From NCBI GenBank assembly GCA_964016885.1, contig OZ024743.1, positions 209,250,001-209,314,000 on the forward strand: a stretch of 64,000 nt of DNA. Reading direction: 5' to 3'. A model generated the notes under the pieces. It searched no databases, was not told the DNA's origin, and saw nothing but the letters and a program-made list of their open reading frames with translations. Source of the stretch: Eledone cirrhosa. Taxonomy: Eukaryota. Each line of letters starts with the position of its first letter. Position 1 is the first letter of the stretch. The position numbers and the translations under genes were made by a program. Below are positions 59,201 through 64,000 of this stretch, one piece after another.

Positions 59201-60500
59201 ATCCTATAGCCACACATGAAAGCTCTTCACTCCATAAGATATACCACAGTTTACCATCCAATAGCCAGATGAAATCTCTTCACTCCATAAGATATATCTC
59301 AATTTACCATCCTATAGCCACAGATGAAAGATCTTCACTCCATAAGTTATACCACAGTTTACCATCCTATAGCCACACATGAAAGCTCTTCACGCCATAA
59401 GATATACCTCAGTTTACGATCCTATAGCCACAGATGAAAGCTCTTCAGTCCATAAGATATACCACAGTTTACCATCCTATAGCCACACATGAGAGCTCTT
59501 CACTCCATAAGATATACCACAATTTACCATCCTATGGCCACACATGAAAGCTCTTCACCCCATAAGATATACCACAGTTTACCATCCTATAGCCAGATGA
59601 AAGCTCTTCACTCCGTAAGATATACGACAGTTTACCATCCTATAGCCACACATGAAATCTCTTCACTCCATAAGATATACCACAGTTTACCATACTATAG
59701 CCACAAATGAAGGCTCTTCACTCCATCAGATATACCAGACTTTACCATCCTATAGCCACAGATGAAAGCTCTTCACTCCATAAGATATACCACAGTTTAC
59801 CATCCTATAGCCACAGATGAAAGCTGTTCACTCCATAAGACATACCACAGTTTACCATCCTATAGCCACACATGAAAGCTCTTCACTCCATAAGGTATAC
59901 CACAGATTACCATCCTATAGACAAAGATGAAAGCTGTTCACTCCATAAGATATACGACAGTTTACCATCCTATAGCCACAGATGAAAGCTGTTCACTCCA
60001 TAAGATATACGACAGTTTACCATCCTATAGCCAGATGAAAGCTCTTCACTCCATAAGATATACCACAGTTTACCATCCTATAGCCACAGATGAAAGCTGT
60101 TCACTCCATAAGATATACCACAGTTTACCATCCTATAGCCAGATGAAAGCTCTTCACTCCATAAGATATACCACAGTTTACCATCCTATAGCCACAGATG
60201 AAAGCTCTTCACTCCATAAGATATACCACAGTTTACCATCCTATAGCCACAGATGAAAGCTCTTCACTCCATGAGATATACCACAGTTTACCATCCTATA
60301 GACACAGATGAAAGCTGTTCACTCCATAAGATATACGACAGTTTACCATCCTATAGCCACAGATGAAAGCTGTTCACTCCATAAGATATACGACAGTTTA
60401 CCATCCTATAGCCAGATGAAAGCTCTTCACTCCATAAGATATACCACAGTTTACCATCCTATAGCCACAGAGGAAAGCTGTTCACTCCATAAGATATACG
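47280..60500 (+). repeat. Block duplication: ~47.3-51.9 kb repeated at ~54.5-60.5 kb with whole-monomer indels
   Basis: Offsets are 7186 (47226/54412), 7681 (48019/55700, 48453/56134), 7906 (48773/56679), 7961 (49126/57087), 8719 (50442/59161) and 8664 (50825/59489, 51263/59927, 51644/60308). Confidence 0.85.
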
Positions 60501-62100
60501 ACAGTTTACCATCCTATAGCCAGATGAAAGCTCTTCACTCCATAAGATATACCACAGTTTACCATCCTATAGCCACACATGAAAGCTCTTCACTCCATAA
60601 GATATACCACAGTTTACCATCCTATAGCCACAGATGAAAGCTCTTCACCCCATAAGATATACCACAGTTTACCATCCTATAGCCACACATGAAAGCTCTT
60701 CACCCCATAAGATATACCACAGTTTACCATCCTATAGCCACACATGAAAGCTCTTCACTCCATAAGATATACCACAGTTTACCATCCAATAGCCAGATGA
60801 AAGCTCTTCACTCCATAAGATATACGACAGTTTACCATCCTATAGCCACACATGAAATCTCTTCACTCCATAAGATATATCTCAATTTACCATCCTATAG
60901 CCACAGATGAAAGATCTTCACTCCATAAGTTATACCACAGTTTACCATCCTATAGCCACACATGAAAGCTCTTCACGCCATAAGATATACCTCAGTTTAC
61001 CATCCTATAGCCACAGATGAAAGCTCTTCAGTCCATAAGATATACCACAGTTTACCATCCTATAGCCACACATGAGAGCTCTTCACTCCATAAGATATAC
61101 CACAATTTACCATCCTATGGCCACACATGAAAGCTCTTCACCCCATAAGATATACCACAGTTTACCATCCTATAGCCAGATGAAAGCTCTTCACTCCGTA
61201 AGATATACGACAGTTTACCATCCTATAGCCACACATGAAATCTCTTCACTCCATAAGATATACCACAGTTTACCATACTATAGCCACAAATGAAGGCTCT
61301 TCACTCCATCAGATATACCAGACTTTACCATCCTATAGCCACAGATGAAAGCTCTTCAGTCCATAAGATATACCACAGTTTACCATCCTATAGCCACAGA
61401 TGAAAGCTGTTCACTCCATAAGACATACCACAGTTTACCATCCTATAGCCACACATGAAAGCTCTTCACTCCATAAGATATACCACAGATTACCATCCTA
61501 TAGACAAAGATGAAAGCTGTTCACTCCATAAGATAAACGACAGTTTACCATCCTATAGCCACAGATGAAAGCTGTTCACTCCATAAGATATACGACAGTT
61601 TACCATCCTATAGCCAGATGAAAGCTCTTCACTCCATAAGATATACCACAGTTTACCATCCTATAGCCACAGATGAAAGCTGTTCACTCCATAAGATATA
61701 CCACAGTTTACCATCCAATAGCCAGATGAAAGCTCTTCACTCCATAAGATATACCACAGTTTACCATCCTATAGCCACAGATGAAAGCTCTTCAATCCAT
61801 AAGATATACCACAGTTTACCATCCTATAGCCACAGATGAAAGCTCTTCACTCCATGAGATATACCACAGTTTACCATCCTATAGACACAGATGAAAGCTG
61901 TTCACTCCATAAGATATACGACAGTTTACCATCCTATAGCCACAGATGAAAGCTGTTCACTCCATAAGATATACGACAGTTTACCATCCTATAGCCACAG
62001 ATGAAAGCTGTTCACTCCATAAGATATACGACAGTTTTCCATCCTATAGCCAGATGAAAGCTCTTCACTCCATAAGATATACCACAGTTTACCATCCTAT
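50400..62100 (+). repeat. Four copies of a ~1.2-1.5-kb sub-block, as two tandem pairs with periods of 2024 and 1583 bp
   Basis: The marker AAATGAAGGCTCTTCACTCCATCAGATATACCAGAC sits at 51041, 53065, 59705 and 61288. ORF offsets agree: 2024 (51263/53287, 51644/53668) and 1583 (59489/61072). Confidence 0.85.
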
Positions 62101-64000
62101 AGCCACAGATGAAAGCTCTTCACTCCATAAGATATACCACAGTTTACCATCCTATAGCCACAGATGAAAGCTCTTCACCCCATAAGACATACCACAGTTT
62201 ACCATCCTATAGCCACACATGAAAGCTCTTCACTCCATAAGATATACCACAGTTTACCATCCTATAGCCAGATGAAAGCTCTTCACTCCGTAAAATATAC
62301 CACAGTTTACCATCCTATAGCCACACATGAGAGCTCTTCACTCCATAAGATATACCACAGTTTACCATCCTATAGCCACACCTGAAAGCTCTTCACTCCA
62401 TAAAATATACCACAGTTTACCATCCTATAGCCACACATGAGAGCTCTTCACTCCATAAGATATACCACAGTTTACCATCCTATAGCCATACATGAAAGCT
62501 CTTCACTCCATAAGATATACAACTGTTTACCATCATATAGCCACACATGAGAGCTCTTCACTCCATAAGATATACCACAGTTTACCATCCTATAGCCACA
62601 CATGAGAGCTCTTCACTCCATAAGATATACCACTGTTTACCATCCTATGGCCACACATGAAAGCTTTTCACTCCATAAGATATACCACAGTTTACCATCT
62701 TATAGCCACACATGAAAGCTCTTCACTCCATAAGATATACCACTGTTTACCATCCTATGGCCACACATGAAAGCTCTTCACTCCATAAGATATACCAAAG
62801 TTTACCATCCTATAGCCAGATGAAAGCTCTTCACTCCATAAAATATACCACAGTTTACCATCCTATGGCCACAGATGAAAGCTCTTCACTCCATAAGATA
62901 TACCACAGTTTACCATCCTATAGCCAGATGAAAGCTCTTCACTCCATAAGATATACCACAGTTTACCACCCTATGGCCACAGATGAAAGCTCTTCACTCC
63001 ATGAGATATACCACAGTTTACCATCCTATAGCCACGCCACGGATGAAAGCTCTTCACTCCATAAGATATACCACAGTTTACCATCCTATAGTCACACCTG
63101 AAAGCTCTTCACTCCATAAGATATAACACAGTTTACCATCCTATAGCCAGATGAAAGCACTTCACTCCATAAGATATACCACATTTTACAATCCTATAGC
63201 CACAGATGAAAGCTCTTCACTCCATAAGATATACCACAGTTTACCATCCTATAGCCACAGATTTAAAGCTCTTCACTCCATAAGATATACCACAGTTTAC
63301 CATCCTATAGCCACACATGAAAGCTCTTCACTCCATAAGATATACCACACTTTACCATCCTGTAGCCACAGATGAAAGCTCTTCACTCCATAAGATATAC
63401 CACAGTTTACCATCCTATAGCCACACATGAAAGTTCTTCACTCCATAAGATATACCACAGTTTACCATCCTATAGCCTAAGATGAAAGCTGTTCACTCCA
63501 TAAGATATACGACAGTTTACCATCCTATAGCCACAAATGAAAGCTGTTCACTCCATAAGATATACCACAGTTTACCATCCTATAGCCAGATGAAAGCTCT
63601 TCACTCCATAAGATATACCACAGTTTACCATCCTATAGCCACAGATGAAAGCTGTTCACTCCATAAGATATACCACAGTTTACCATCCTATAGCCACGCC
63701 ACGGATGAAAGCTCTTCACTCCATAAGATATACCACAGTTTACCATCCTATAGCCAGATGAAAGCTCTTCACTCCATAAAATATACCACAGTTTACCATC
63801 CTATAGCCACAGATGAAAGCTCTTCACTCCATAAGATATACCACAGTTTACCATCCTATAGCCACAGATGAAAGCTCTTCACCCCATAAGACATACCACA
63901 GTTTACCATCCTATAGCCACACATGAAAGCTCTTCACTCTATAAGATATACCACAGTTTACCATCCTATAGCCACACATGAAAGCTCTTCACTCCATAAG

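Larger units (their letters stand above)
1..64000 (+). repeat. Tandem satellite DNA array, 55-bp monomer, about 1,165 head-to-tail copies, open at both window ends
   Basis: ATGAAAGCTCTTCACTCCATAAGATATACCACAGTTTACCATCCTATAGCCACA[G/C] recurs every 55 bp (ATG starts at 44, 99, 154, 209 and onward) up to the last base. Most copies differ from consensus by only a few substitutions, and all are in the same orientation. Confidence 0.99.

Noticed and set aside
2414-63871. About 85 plus-strand ORFs (63-148 aa, MKALHSIRYTTVYHP...) as protein-coding genes
   Set aside because: They are translations of the satellite. Each monomer starts with ATG, 55 is not a multiple of 3, ORF length follows the placement of 53- and 60-mers, and there is no unique domain or visible codon-position bias in the variants.
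1-64000. CRISPR array
   Set aside because: There are no unique spacers, since the whole 55-bp unit is repeated, and there is no leader or cas gene.
1-64000. tRNA, 5S rRNA or snRNA tandem gene cluster
   Set aside because: The unit is too short and has no recognisable A/B boxes, cloverleaf or T4+ terminator in the consensus.
1-64000. Telomeric repeat or G-quadruplex array on the G-rich minus strand
   Set aside because: There is no canonical telomere motif. The minus strand has only GG doublets spaced 10-22 nt apart, with occasional GGG/GGGG variants, which is weak for stable G4 formation.
1-64000. CENP-B box or heat-shock element
   Set aside because: The consensus has no TTCG....A..CGGG, and GAA and TTC are 5 bp apart rather than the 2 bp of nGAAnnTTCn.
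1-64000. Embedded transposon, inversion or unique island
   Set aside because: Reading through the window I found no departure from the plus-orientation monomer longer than a few bases. A very short one could have been missed by eye.
1-64000. Rolling-circle or sequencing concatemer artefact
   Set aside because: Variants recur in ordered, nested blocks at exact multi-kb offsets, unlike random errors. Copy numbers of the near-identical blocks still need read support.

Overview
The whole 64-kb window is one uninterrupted, head-to-tail tandem satellite array of a 55-bp monomer. The consensus is ATGAAAGCTCTTCACTCCATAAGATATACCACAGTTTACCATCCTATAGCCACA[G/C] (40% GC, no CpG, about 1,165 copies by length division). 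I saw no unique sequence, gene, RNA gene, transposon, inversion or CRISPR spacer, and every ORF in the track is a by-product of the repeat. The real structure is hierarchical. The monomer has a cryptic ~11/22-bp substructure and length variants of 53, 56 and 60 bp that arise mostly at one hotspot. Above that are 108/110-bp dimers and nested higher-order repeats or block duplications of 330, 1583, 1697, 1704, 2024, 2808, 5373 and ~6900-8700 bp, arranged in domains with different diagnostic variants. This resembles eukaryotic heterochromatic or (peri)centromeric satellite DNA (inference). I do not recognise the family or the organism, and I found no supportable novel protein-coding system. Block boundaries are approximate to one or two monomers. 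Offsets come from marker variants and the ORF track.
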